A stretch of DNA of 64,000 nucleotides from Massalongia carnosa. Lineage: Eukaryota. A model generated the notes under the pieces. The model saw nothing but the letters and a program-made list of their open reading frames with translations, was not told the DNA's origin and did no database searches. Positions 27,747 through 40,145 of the stretch are shown here, one piece after another (the first letter of the stretch is position 1; every line of letters begins with the position of its first letter). The position numbers and the translations under genes are program-made. The stretch covers positions 2,480,001 through 2,544,000 of the forward strand of contig OZ287070.1 in assembly GCA_965645245.1 (NCBI GenBank). The letters run 5' to 3'.

Positions 27747-28812
27747 CGAGTACCTAAAATACCCTGTATGTACACGGAGCAAGGAGCAAGGAACACGACT
27801 ACTCTGTACGTTTTTTCCCATCCGGGTACTCACGCAAAGACCGAATTGATAGTCCGAGGACCCCATGATAACAAATTAATCATCAGGGAGGATGATGAGG
27901 ACCTCTGTACAGAGTACAGAGTACGAAGTACTCTGTGCGGTTTACGGAGCAGTACTCTTGATGCCATGCATTGCGTTAGCCAAAAGTGATCAGACCGCAT
28001 GCTTACAGCAGTGATGGTCGGAGCTATCATGTATGAGGCTACTCCGGACTCGGGACGCTACAGGGGTACAGAGTAAGTACCTCCGTACGGATACTCAGTA
28101 CTCTATAACTTATCTGTACAGGGTACTCGGTACTCGGTACCCCCCAATGACCAGACCGGAAGGGGTCAAACCCCACCCATGTTCGGTTCTAATTTGGTAC
28201 CGTTGTCCCATCCGTCTAATCCGACCAATCCGAGGGATGAAAAACTCCTCCTCCTATTTGTTGTTGATTTGCCTCACAACACAAAACAAACTTACTCAAT
28301 ACCACACACCAACCCCATAGAGTAAACTCATACATTCGCTCACGTTGCACCGTTGCACCTCACTCTCGTTCATCACCCCCTGCAACCGGTGGTACGCGCC
28401 ATTAGGTAACTCTCGCTCCTGGTGCAAGCCTTGGATTTCCCCGCTCGCTGATCGTCAAAACTTCGCCGCTGGTCGCCTCCTTCCCCAGATAGTCTATCGT
28501 TAATTGGGTGTTTTCGATCTCCCTTTCCCCTTTCCCCTAGCTCTTGACTCGACATTGATGAACCTAGAATCGCGCGGACTTGCTGGAAATTGGATCAGAG
28601 GTTGATCGGTAATCTTGTGAACGAACTACGCCCATGTGTCGGTCCTGGACCACATCATAGGAGTGGGTGATCGGCTGCACGGATCGGTTGATGTTACATG
28701 AAGTCGTCCAGCGCAATCGTGCCTTTCCGTGCGTCGAAGCTGGTAAGCCTGAGATGCCGGAGCCGCATGGTGTTGTGGAATGCTGTTGACGTTGTGGGAC
28801 CCATTCAGCATC

Positions 28813-31800
28813 ATGCCTCATTCGCAACGGCCCAAAGCCACCTCTCCAAAGCGAGAGCACAGGTCTTCCTCCTATCGAAACTCCCCTTCTCGTCGCGCTC
28901 GACCTCGCGACATCGAAACAGGTCCCTACCTCGATGCCCCTTCGACCCCGTCACGTCAGCCAAGACAGCAAGCATACATTCAGCCGGAACCATCACCAAG
29001 CAGACACGTGAGCGAGAAAGATCCAATGATGGAAACATCGGGAGGGGCGTCGGAGTTTGGTCGAAAACGCAGCCTCGTTCGGCCCGAACGAGGCCGGATC
29101 GATAAGGACCACCCGAATTACCACTACCGACGACATGCTCAGAACATGACCGTCTTTCCGTCAACCACCGGCAACGATCCCATTCTCGAAGGCAACGGCG
29201 AGCAGGATACCATCACATCCGACGAAACTGACCTGAAAAGCCTACACCGAAAATCGGGTCCAGAGGGGGCAGTGTACTCGGACAACTCGCCCCCCCGAGG
29301 ACGAGGTCGGAATGCTGCGCCGGTGGCTGGACATGGCCCGAGGAAGGTGAAGCGGCGGTCACATCGAAAGAGAGCGGTTGCCACGGAGGAGGAAAAGCAA
29401 AGGCAAAAGGAACTGAACACTGTTCGACCTCCAAGCTTTTGGAACGTGTACTGTGCAATCATCACCTTTTGGTGTCCTGGGGCGGTGCTCTCGTGTTTTG
29501 GAAAACCCGCAAAGGCCCAGCAGCGGGCATGGAGGGAGAAGATGGGACTCATCAGCATTATCTTGTTGATCTGTGCTTTTGTGGGCTTTCTGACCTTTGG
29601 GTTCACGCAAGCCGTCTGTGGGGAGCCTGGCCTTCGCCTCAAAGTCAATCAAGTCGATAGCGGGTATATGATCTTTCACGGGAGCGCATACAACTTTCAG
29701 GGTTCGCATCATCCGGCAGCCCGGGGGATCGCAGAAAACCAGAACGTTCTGTACGATCTCCCTCACAAGTATGGGGGCCAAGATGGCAGTTTCTTCTTTC
29801 AAAATGTGAACGGTGCTTGTAAAGGGCTTATTACTGCGGCGCCCGGGTCGGACGTTCCTACAAATGACAATGGAGATCTAGCCTGGTACTTCCCATGCGC
29901 AGCGTTCAACCAGGATGGCTCGAGCCCCCCCAATCTTACCATTCCCTACTATCTTGGCTATGCCTGTCATACCACGCCGACCGGACGAGCGGCTTTCTAC
30001 CATCTGCGCAGCTCGGGGGAGGTCTACTTCACGTGGAGGGACATCAAGAACAGCTCACGAAACTTGATGGTTTATTCCGGGAGCGTGCTTGATCTAAATC
30101 TGCTCGACTGGCTGAACAGCTCCCAGGTCTCTTATCCAGCACAGTTTGATGATCTGAGGAACAACCCTGCCGTCAAAGGCGTGGATGTCACCCACGCCTT
30201 CCAGTCAGGTCCTGCTCGACGGTTAGGGCAATGCTTATCAGAGATCATCCGGGTGGGTTCTATCGATACCGAGACGGTTGGATGTATCGCCTCGAAGGTG
30301 GTTCTCTATGTGTCGTTGGTGTTCATCCTGTCCATTGTTTTGGTCAAATTCCTCTTGGCGCTCTCCTTTCAGTGGATTTTCAGCAGGCGCTTTGCTGCGT
30401 CCAAAACCTCTCTTGGTCCGGGCTCCAAGACGCGGAATCAACAGATCGAGGACTGGAGCGATGACATCTACCGGGCTCCACCCAAACTCGTAGACGCCGC
30501 CATGTCCGATCGATCGGCCAAACGTTTTCTCCCTAATAAATCTCGATTTACCAGCCCGTACGCAACCGAAAAACCCCAATCCAGGCATCGCCCTCCCCCG
30601 ACCACGATGGCGAGCCAAAGCTCCGCTGCGCGGATCATGCGGCCGTCGTCAATGTACAAACATGCCGAAGGGAGCGAGCTCACCCTACCAAGTTTTGACC
30701 CTGCCTCCAGACTGAGCGGGGGGGGCAGCCGATCCAGCGTGTTTACCCCAGGGCAAGATCAAAGATATTCGAGCGTAACCAACGACGGCGATGGGCCCCC
30801 GGTGGCCTTTATCCACGAAGCAGTGGTGCCTCAGCCTCCTCCTGACTGGCAACCGTTTGGGTACCCGCTCGCACATGCCATTTGCCTTGTGACGGCATAT
30901 TCGGAGGGAGAGGAAGGGCTCCGGACCACGCTCAATTCGATCGCCACGACTGATTATCCGAACAGCCACAAGGCAATCTTGGTCGTGTGTGACGGCATGA
31001 TCAAAGGGCAAGGGGAAGAGCTTACCACCCCCGAGATTGCGCTTAGCATGATGGGAGACCACGCCGTGCTGCCGGATGAGGTGCCGGCTTTCTCGTACGT
31101 TGCCGTTGCCAGCGGATCCAAGAGGCATAATATGGCCAAGGTTTACGCGGGTTTCTACGACTATGGAGAGGGCTCCGTCATTCCGGTGGAGAAGCAGCAA
31201 CGGGTACCTATGATGATCATTGTAAAGTGCGGAACGGAAGACGAGGCGAAAAGAAGCAAGCCTGGCAACCGCGGCAAGCGAGACAGCCAGATCATTCTCA
31301 TGTCCTTCTTGCAAAAGGTCATGTTTGACGAACGCATGACGGAGCTCGAGTACGAAATGTTCAACGGGTTATGGAGGATTACGGGCATACCAGCGGACTA
31401 TTACGAGATTGTGCTCATGGTAGATGCCGACACCAAAGTGTTCCCGGATAGCATCACCCACATGATTTCCGCAATGGTGAAAGATCCCGAGATCATGGGA
31501 CTGTGTGGCGAAACGAAGATTGCCAACAAGCGGGCGAGCTGGGTATCGATGATGCAGGTGTTCGAGTAAGCGTGTGGTTCCCATGCCTGTTTCAACCTCG
31601 CTAACGGGTGCAGATACTTCATTTCCCACCATCTCTCGAAATCCTTTGAGTCGGTCTTTGGAGGAGTTACCTGCCTGCCCGGGTGTTTCTGCATGTACCG
31701 TATCAAGGCCCCCAAAGGCGGCCAAAACTACTGGGTACCCATTCTTGCGAATCCTGACGTTGTGGAGCATTATTCGGAGAATGTCGTCGACACGTTGCAC

Positions 31801-32579
31801 AAGAAAAACCTTTTACTGCTAGGCGAAGACCGCTATCTTTCGACGCTGATGCTCAAAACTTTTCCGAAGCGAAAGCAGGTGTTTGTGCCACAAGCCGTTT
31901 GCAAGACCACCGTTCCCGAACAGTTCTCGGTCCTGCTCTCTCAACGGCGGCGATGGATCAACAGTACCGTTCATAACCTAATGGAGCTGGTTTTGGTGCG
32001 AGACTTGTGCGGAACTTTTTGCTTCAGCATGCAATTCGTTGTCTTCATCGAGCTGGTTGGGACCTTGGTTCTTCCTGCCGCCATCACCTTTACCTTTTAC
32101 CTGATTGTGATCTCCATCGTGAGGAGGCCGGTACCTGTCATCCCGCTCGTGCTGTTGGCATTGATTCTCGGATTGCCGGCCATCCTTATCGTTCTCACCG
32201 CACACCGTTGGTCGTATGTGCTGTGGATGTTAATCTATCTTCTCTCCCTGCCAATCTGGAATCTGGTGCTGCCATCTTATGCTTACTGGAAGTTTGATGA
32301 TTTCAGCTGGGGCGACACCAGGAAAACGGCGGGCGAGAAGACGAAGAAGGCGGGGATCGAGTACGAGGGCGAGTTTGACAGCAGCAAAATCACGATGAAA
32401 CGCTGGGGAGATTTCCAAAAGGGTACAGCGTGTTCCTCTTCCCAAAGCTCTCTCGCGCTAACAATCCACTTCTAGAACGCCGCGCCAAACCTCCCACGTC
32501 GGGATTCTCGCATCAATCCACTACAGCCTCTGGGTGGCACTCACCTTTCCCGGGATACGAGCAGTACACTGATACATGA
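28813..32579 (+). CDS. CHS3: Class IV chitin synthase (GT2; yeast Chs3 orthologue), exons 28813-31565, 31614-32422, 32476-32579
   Basis: [13 protein letters not shown] and AWREKMGLI class IV N-terminal motifs, then [30 protein letters not shown] and QRRRWINST, followed by C-terminal TM helices. No myosin-motor domain. Confidence 0.95.
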
Positions 32580-32954
32580 TAAACGTGCACGCCAACGAAA
32601 GGGAAAACGGGGTGTGGGTGTGGTGAGCATGAGCGTGAGCGTGACCCGTGCGTTGAGGGGCTTTGTACAACGCGGCTTTCTTATTTTCCACCAAAAAGGG
32701 GGCATGGGAAGGTGCATTGATATGGGGGAATTTTCATGTTTTCGATGAGATCTCTCCTTGCGCTCTTCCTTCAGTTCGTGCCTTGTATCTTGTATATATA
32801 TATAATTTTTTTCCCATTGTTTTTTTCCTCGTGAAGGGCGATGAGAACTTTTTTTTTTTATATTTCATCTTTCTTCGTCCACTTGATTGGTTGATTAGTT
32901 AATTAGGTTAGATTTGCACCAGGACTTGCTTGTACTCGTAGATCACATCTCTAT

Positions 32955-32985
32955 TATGTATGTATGTATGTATGTATGTATGTAT
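32955..32985. repeat. (TATG)n microsatellite
   Basis: About 7 tandem TATG units downstream of the chitin synthase. Confidence 0.8.
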
Positions 32986-35933
32986 TATTCACGATAGCTG
33001 TGATTTGTGGAAAACCTTTCCTGGGCAGGGTTGAAGGACTTGGTTTTTGGTGGGTTAGGTTCTCTTATCTCTGTTCTTTTCTTCTTCTGTTTTCTTTCTT
33101 TCTTCTTTTTTCTTTCTTTCTTCATCCCCACTCTTCTTTCTTTCCTTGACTGCTAAACTACCTACCTGCCTGCTTGCCTGCCTATCTACCTATCTTACTA
33201 TCCATCTTAACTATCCAACTCAACATCCCATCCCCAACTCCTAATCTCTTAATTCCTTATTCCTCCCTCCGTCTCTCCCTCTTTGTTTAGGTTTCCGATA
33301 AAATAAAATAAAATATTTTGGTTAAAGTTGAATATTCTTCGCTTCTTCACTTCTCCGCTTCTTCGCCTTTCTAGGATTCGTATGGGTAGTGGAGTTTTCT
33401 TATTTTTGTTTAAACTCTATTCATATATATAGACGAACCTCGTTCTGCTTCAGACATTTTTCCTTACTTACATACCTATCTATCATTCAGATACCAAGCT
33501 ACTTAGCCCTTTAACCATTTAACCATTCAAATCATCCAATAATTACCGCGAAGAAACTTTCCCGAATGCCTACGTACCTATCTTCTAGGGTTTCCGGTCA
33601 ATGGGGCGAGCGATTGGCAGAGAGAGAATGAATGTATTAACTGTTTTCTTTCTTGCTTTTCTTTTCTTTTGTTTCTTTCTCTTATTTTTTCGTGGGGCTT
33701 TTTGGAGATTTTTGGAGATTTTCTATGGTAGGGCTGTTGATTGGCTGGTTAGTTGGTTGATTGGTTGGCAGGTAGGCAGGCAGGCAGGCAAGCAAGGGGG
33801 GGGGTTGGAAAGTGGAAACTAGAACTCGTTGCACGGTCAGAGGCTTAGGAGATTCATTAAAAAATGGTACGTATATATATTTCCATCGTCTACCTGACCC
33901 CCGTACTCCCCTATCTACATAGAAAGCCCCACCCTATATATCTGTCTAAATTAAAACACCCCTCGTATCACAATGATGGATACGTGTATATAAAAGCTAA
34001 GAACTAGATTATTGTATGTATGTATCCGACTTAGAAAAGAGCACAAGCGAAAAAATTAATTTTAGAGACATTATTGCTCTGGATGAACCCTTAGGAGAGG
34101 GGAAGAAAAGATATAAATATGTATTGTCAACACTTCTTTTGGAATAGATATCTTGAAATTCGCGAATGAAAAATTTGATCTTAGATTAAGGTTTGCTTAC
34201 TTTGGGACGGAGGAGGGGGAATGATGAATGATTCATGGGGCGATTGATGGAGTGATGATGTTCAAGGAATGAAGGAGAGGTAGTTGGTTGGAGATCATGG
34301 CTTTGAGAATTCGGATCATCACATAGGTAGTCAGGTAGTTAATTTTACGGGTTGAGCTCCTCCCCATCGCTCTTAGTTATCATCAGGATACCCGCGAGGC
34401 GAACGAGTTCTTTGAACCCCTAGTGGTGCTCAATGGGAGAGAAATATTCATTCCCGTATCACTTAATTCTTACTTTGAGAGATTCTTGACTCGGATCATC
34501 CTTTCTCTTGGAGTTGGTTACATGGATGGATTTGGCAGATCCGGTTGTTCATGGGGAAGTACAATAAGGATTGCCTTTTCCAATTTATTCTCTTAATGTG
34601 GATGTATATGGAGGGGACAACAGATCTGTTGAGTTGTTTAGCTGCTCTATCTGATGAGGGATTGGCCGATTCTCAATAGAGAATATCAGGCAATTCTCAT
34701 TATCGATGATTAGAGCTAACATTGCGGTTTCCAAGGGATTGGAGTGGTTAGACGACTCTTGATATTTTTCGGATCAAAACTCGTGACATGCATACTAAGA
34801 CATATGAAATCCACACACAAGAATCGGAAGTGCTACGATGTGGGGCCAGCGGGCTTGATCATTGACATGGATGATAATTTCCATACACTTCCCATGGTGT
34901 GGAGAATGCATGAATGCTGGGACGCAGAATTCAGACAACATAGAAAGGTCAGTAGGCGCTGATTGATCTGGTGGTTGCCCAGCTCCACTAAGATTTGGAG
35001 CGTAGGTATCCAGTCTTGCTCTCTTTCACGTGGACATTTTGAAGGGATTATACACTTTTCTGAAATTTAAGTCGTTGAAACAAGCCAATTGATCTCTCCC
35101 ACGCGCTTAAGGAGTCATGTGAATGAAGATCCTCATAACTACTTCATAGGTAGCACCTTCGGTTCCATTCAGATTGCATCGTCATTTACAGCCACGAGAT
35201 CGATTCAATCTGTGGTACTGAGTGGCTATACGTGGTTGTTGAGAGGACGAACAAGGGCATTGTTTCTCAGGGTTGGCTAGGTGGAAGATCATTTCTGCAA
35301 GGCATTTCCCCACGAAATTGCGAATGAGCGGGTTAAGCCTCTTCTGGCTAGTTAGTTATCTAGATGGAAGATTCTTCGGGTTATCAATCTCCCGTGGTTC
35401 TTCCGTTCCTCGTCTCCTTTCCGCTTCTCCTTTTCGACATTCACATTCATACAACGTGGATAGTACTCACTCGCAGTCTTCTATGAGTGGTCAATCGTGG
35501 CTAAAGCATCAGCAAAGAACATATGTACAAAGCGCTTCATGGCGTTTGGTGACCCAAGCTAGCGTAGTACTATTGCACCGTTCTTAATCTTGTTCTCTGA
35601 TGATCGAGCGGCGGCGAGTCTAATTACCTCGACTAATGGCGGCAGAAGATCAAGCACAGGACGTCAAGCTTAACCCAATTCATGTTGCTCATCTCCTGCT
35701 CCCGTCTTGTGCTTCACCACCTACCGTCGTGGATTTCTCGTTTCTTTCTTCGTTTCTGTCCTCTTGTCTCATGCATTTTTCTCTTCATTGTCATGCGCGT
35801 TGAACTGTACTTTACGCTTTTACTGTATGTTAATTGGCAATAATATCACCCGCTTCACTCGTTCAGCGGATCTTCCTGAACGTATAACAGTTACTGCCTC
35901 TCAGAAGCTCTCCCTTCGCGCAGCTAGTTTGGT

Positions 35934-37428
35934 ATGAAAACTCTTGTGGGTACCGCTGTGGCTCTGGCTCTGCTTGGCTGCACAGCCGCGGGTCCTCATG
36001 GCCATGCGCACGAAGCATATCACCTCAAGCGCAAAAATTGGGATTCGGGTAGCCCGACATGTGGATGTACGACAACATATACGACCTTCTATGGCGAGCC
36101 AACTTGTAGGTGAGCCCAGCGTGAGAGGAAAAAGTATGACTAACATCGCGCAGTAATTCAACCCTTGAAACAGAAACCAATGGCACTTCCCCCACCATCT
36201 TCTACCCTCGCCCCAACCTTCACATCCTCCACACCCCTTCCCTCCTCCACTTCTCCTGCCTATGTTACCCCGAGCCCAACCCTCGAACATGTTGCTTCGT
36301 CCAACGTCGCTAAGCCATCTGCGAAACCCATCGAAGGAACTGCGCCGAAGCCGGTGGAGAACGTGTTGCAGAAACCCGCGCCAAAATCCTCGGCGCAGCC
36401 CGATCACGTCGAGGCGCCCAAACCATCGGCAAACCCAAGCCACGTCCCCGCGCCCAAGCCCGCCACGGAATCGCCCACGCCAAAACCCGAGACGGCGAAA
36501 CCCCAACTCGGCTCCAGCGGATCGCAATGGTGCATGACCTACTCGCCCTACAACGGCGACGGCTCCTGTAAATCCAGCGCGGCCGTCTCCTCGGATGTGG
36601 AGGCGATCGCGTCCAAAGGCTTCAGCAGCATCCGGCTCTATAGCACCGACTGCTCGGGCCTTCAAAACGTCGGCTCGGCAGCCAAATCCCACGGGCTGAA
36701 ACTCGTCCTCGGCGTTTTCATCTCCGGAACTGGCCTGGGCGACGCCTCGGCGCAGATCGCCGAAATCACCGCCTGGGCCGGCGGCGACTGGGCCTGCGTC
36801 GAGATGATCGTGGTCGGCAACGAAGCCATCTTCAACAACTACTGCAGCGCCTCCGCTCTGGCGGACTTCATCACCCAGGCCCGCGCCACCTTCGCTGCCG
36901 CCGGCTACCGCGGCCTCATCACTACCACCGAACCGCTCAACGTCTTGACCGACAACGCCCACCACCTCTGCCCCGTCCTCGACGTCGCCGCCGCCAACAT
37001 CCACCCTTTCTTCAACGCCGACGTCACCGCCGTTGGCGCTGGCGCCTTCGTCGCCCGTGAGCTCGAGCTGCTCGAGACCATCTGCCCCGGTCTTACCGGG
37101 TATAACCTTGAGACCGGCTGGCCGAGCGCCGGCTTGGCCAACGGCGCTGCGGTCCCGGGCGTGAGCGAGCAGCTCGTCGCCATCGAGAGCATCAAGCAAG
37201 CGGCCGGTGGCAAGAGTGCCTTTTTTAGCTTCGTGGACGACTTATGGAAAGCCGAGGGCGAGCTAAGAGTGTAAGTTTGATCGGTTTTTTCCCCCCCCGC
37301 CATCTTGCTTGGAGATAAAATCTGACGGATGTGTGTATGTATGGGGTTATGGGGGTTTTCATTCGCTAACTTACGCGTGTCTTTCGTATAGTGAGCAGAG
37401 CTGGGGCTGCAGCCACTTGTTCGGCTAA
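35934..37428 (+). CDS. Secreted GH17 cell-wall beta-1,3-glucanase/transglucosylase (Scw4/10/11-like), exons 35934-36105, 36154-37270, 37392-37428
   Basis: Signal peptide MKTLVGTAVALALLGCTAA and a Pro/Ser/Thr linker. GH17 motifs MTYSPY, IRLYSTDC, VVGNEA, ANIHPFF, LETGWPSAG and terminal VEQSWGC. Confidence 0.88.
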
Positions 37429-38681
37429 GGGGGTTTGTGTTTTCGCCCGTTAACGCCGCATGCGTACGTGCGTGCGGACGGACCGGCCGGACGGACGGAC
37501 GGGTTGGGCAGGCTGAGTAGGGATCGGATGGGAGGGAAGGAAATGGATAGGTATGACTCTTTCGGTTTGGGTGTTGAGGTTGTTGAAGTTTGGGAGCAGG
37601 GAGCGGGGAACGGGGATGAAAGAGCGGGCGAGAGAAGAGAGAAAGAGAAAGAGAGAGGAAGAGAGGGAGGGGAGCGGTTCGTTAAGTGTATTTTACGTTT
37701 CATGTGTTATTATTATTACTAGGTTGAATTCACATTGTGTGTATATAATTATTCTTCCTCTATCCTACGTTCGTCTCCATTTCTTTCAACATATCCCCCT
37801 GCCTTTTCCCCTGTCCCCAGAACCACCCAACACTTGAATAGCACATTTTCACGATAACAACAGTTCGTCCAAACAAATCCACACCAAACCAAAAAAAAAA
37901 AAAAAACGGCCCCCCACATGTTACTACTACTACTATACCCGCACACCAACTCCCCGACGTAAAACCAACCCCCCCCGGCCTAAAAATTTCACCAATTCTT
38001 GGTTTCTCTCTTCCATTTTAGACACGATCGATGAATGTGTATATATAGATTTACTTCACATATCAACTGATAAGCAAGGGGGGGGGGGGGGGTAAGAGAG
38101 AAAAGAGAAGATGGATAAAAGCCATAAAAGGAAAAGGGGAAACGGGGTCTATTCGGCGGGAGACGGGGAAATGGCTAGGTGTGTATATATGTATGTATGT
38201 ATGTATGTATATAGAAGAATTTACGGTGGTGGGGAAGATTGTGGAAGGAGAAGAAGAAGAAGATTCAAAAGGGGGAGGGGGGAACTGCACGATTGCTTGT
38301 GTAAACTACATTGCCTATGTAACTGACTTTCATGGTAACGTACTATATCAAGATAGTTTCATCTACCTACTACATAGCTAGGTATGTAGAGTAGAGTGTC
38401 TAGATGCTCTAGATATCTGGATATCTGGTATGGTTGTTGATTGTGAAAAATATAAAAATAAAAAAACCAAATCGCTGGAAATGGATCAATCGCCCCGGAA
38501 CATAAATCGGGATCAAAATATATGGTCAAGACAAGAACCTAAACCGTAAAAGCTCGCGTCTAGTCAGTCAGTCAGTCCGTCACAAGTAACTCCCCCATCC
38601 CACCCGACCCCGACCCGACCCGCAAGAAAACGCTAGACGATAAATCAATACCCCTACCTACCTACCTACCCACCTACTCCA

Positions 38682-40145
38682 TCACACCCCCTTTTCCTTC
38701 CCGAACAGCGCTTCCCAATGCTCCCGCCCCCGCTCGCAGACCTGGCCCCGGCCTTCCCAATCGCGCAGCACGCCCTCGAGTATGCACTCGCCCGTGAGCA
38801 TCTCGCGCCACACGGCGCGCTCGAGGTCGATGCCGAACTGCTCCTCCTGCGACTCCTGCGGCCCCCACAGCCGGCGGTGCTCGCCGCCCCACGTCGTGAT
38901 CCCCGGCTCGTCGACCAGGTGGCCGAGGTTCATCTTGGGCATGTTGGCGTGCAGGAAAAAGGGCCGGATGGTGGGGGCTTTGCCGCCGCTCCCCGAAGGA
39001 GCGTGGTGGGCGAGGTATTCGTCCCCCGGGTGGTGCTGCACCATCGCGCCGCCCTTGAACTCGCCCGCCTCGTCGAAGTAGCCGACCGTGCCGACGCGGG
39101 CGCGCACGCGGTAGTAGGGTTTCCCCAGCACGAGGGCGGCGGCGATGAAGGTTTCCTTGTCGCCTTCGCCGGAGGCGCCTTGGCTGAGCAGCGGGTAAAA
39201 GTGGTGCGGGCCGAAGATGTTATAGTACGCCGCCAGCAGGAGCGAGGCGAGATGTTTCTCCTTGTCGATGAGTAGCTGCCCCGCTTCGGTGGAGCGGGCG
39301 GGGACGTGAGCGGGGAATGACGGCAAGCCGGCGATGGTGTAGAACACGGGGTCTTCGGTCGCGATCCAGTAGTCGGGCCAGGCAATCAGGCCCGTCGAGG
39401 TGAACGGCTCGGCGGACAGCAACTCGGCCGGGTTGCGCACGGGCATGCAGTCGCTGTCGAGGTAGAGCACGGTGGAGAAGGGCGAGAAAAGGATGGCGAG
39501 CGCTTTGAGCTGGAAGCGCGAGATCGCAAAAGACGCGTGGTCGCGCAGAAAGTCCTCGAGCACGAAGCATTTCGCCCCTAGCAAAGGAAGGTGCTCCTCG
39601 CACACTTCCGCTTCGTACTCCCAGTGCGCCTGCAGGAAGACGTGCACGGGGAGCTTGGAGCCGGTGCGGCGAAGCATGCGGATCGAGGTGATGGCGGGCG
39701 CAAAGAATTGTCCCCCGGCGACCATCACGACCCCCGTGCCGGCGAAGACGCCCTTGGCGCTGCGGGCGTCGAACCGCCTCAGCCGGTCCAGCAGCGGTTT
39801 CTGAGCTTTTTGCAGCAATTCCACGGCCTCCTGCGACAGGTCTAAGCTGTTCTGGCTGGGCTCCCGGTCCCCGTCCGCCTCGTCCGAGCCCGCCGTCGAC
39901 GCCGAGACTTGCACCGTGATCGGCTCGGTCGGCGGGCGGGAACGCTCGAAGGCGGCGGCCCATTCGGCCCAGAAGGCTTTGATGCGTTTGGGGGGCGGAT
40001 CCGGCTCGTGGATGGGAGCGGAGATGATGCTGTATCTCTGGTTGGTCACTGCTTTCAGCCAGCTTTCCAACAGGGCCATGGAGATGATGAACGTGAAGGT
40101 GGCGAGAAGGAGGACGGAGAAGCGGTACGAGGGCCGGGCGAACAT
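38682..40145 (-). CDS. Alpha-mannosyltransferase, GT71 (Mnn2/Mnn5-like) type II membrane protein, 487 aa, intronless
   Basis: N-terminal TM anchor (VLLLATFTFIISMALL), GVVMVAGG, IRMLRRTGSKLPV, FQLKALAILFS, DxD motif in LYLDSD, WPDYW and GEGDKETF. Confidence 0.88.
   Translation of the reverse strand: MFARPSYRFSVLLLATFTFIISMALLESWLKAVTNQRYSIISAPIHEPDPPPKRIKAFWAEWAAAFERSRPPTEPITVQVSASTAGSDEADGDREPSQNSLDLSQEAVELLQKAQKPLLDRLRRFDARSAKGVFAGTGVVMVAGGQFFAPAITSIRMLRRTGSKLPVHVFLQAHWEYEAEVCEEHLPLLGAKCFVLEDFLRDHASFAISRFQLKALAILFSPFSTVLYLDSDCMPVRNPAELLSAEPFTSTGLIAWPDYWIATEDPVFYTIAGLPSFPAHVPARSTEAGQLLIDKEKHLASLLLAAYYNIFGPHHFYPLLSQGASGEGDKETFIAAALVLGKPYYRVRARVGTVGYFDEAGEFKGGAMVQHHPGDEYLAHHAPSGSGGKAPTIRPFFLHANMPKMNLGHLVDEPGITTWGGEHRRLWGPQESQEEQFGIDLERAVWREMLTGECILEGVLRDWEGRGQVCERGREHWEALFGKEKGV

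Noticed and set aside
33601..33822. Hydrophobic 73-aa ORF resembling a membrane microprotein
   Set aside because: The Phe/Leu run comes from poly-T and SSR tracts, and it lacks the acidic-pair motif and unit architecture seen at 43-45 kb.
35901..37199. 432-aa minus-strand ORF
   Set aside because: Antisense shadow of the GC-rich GH17 gene; no motifs of its own.
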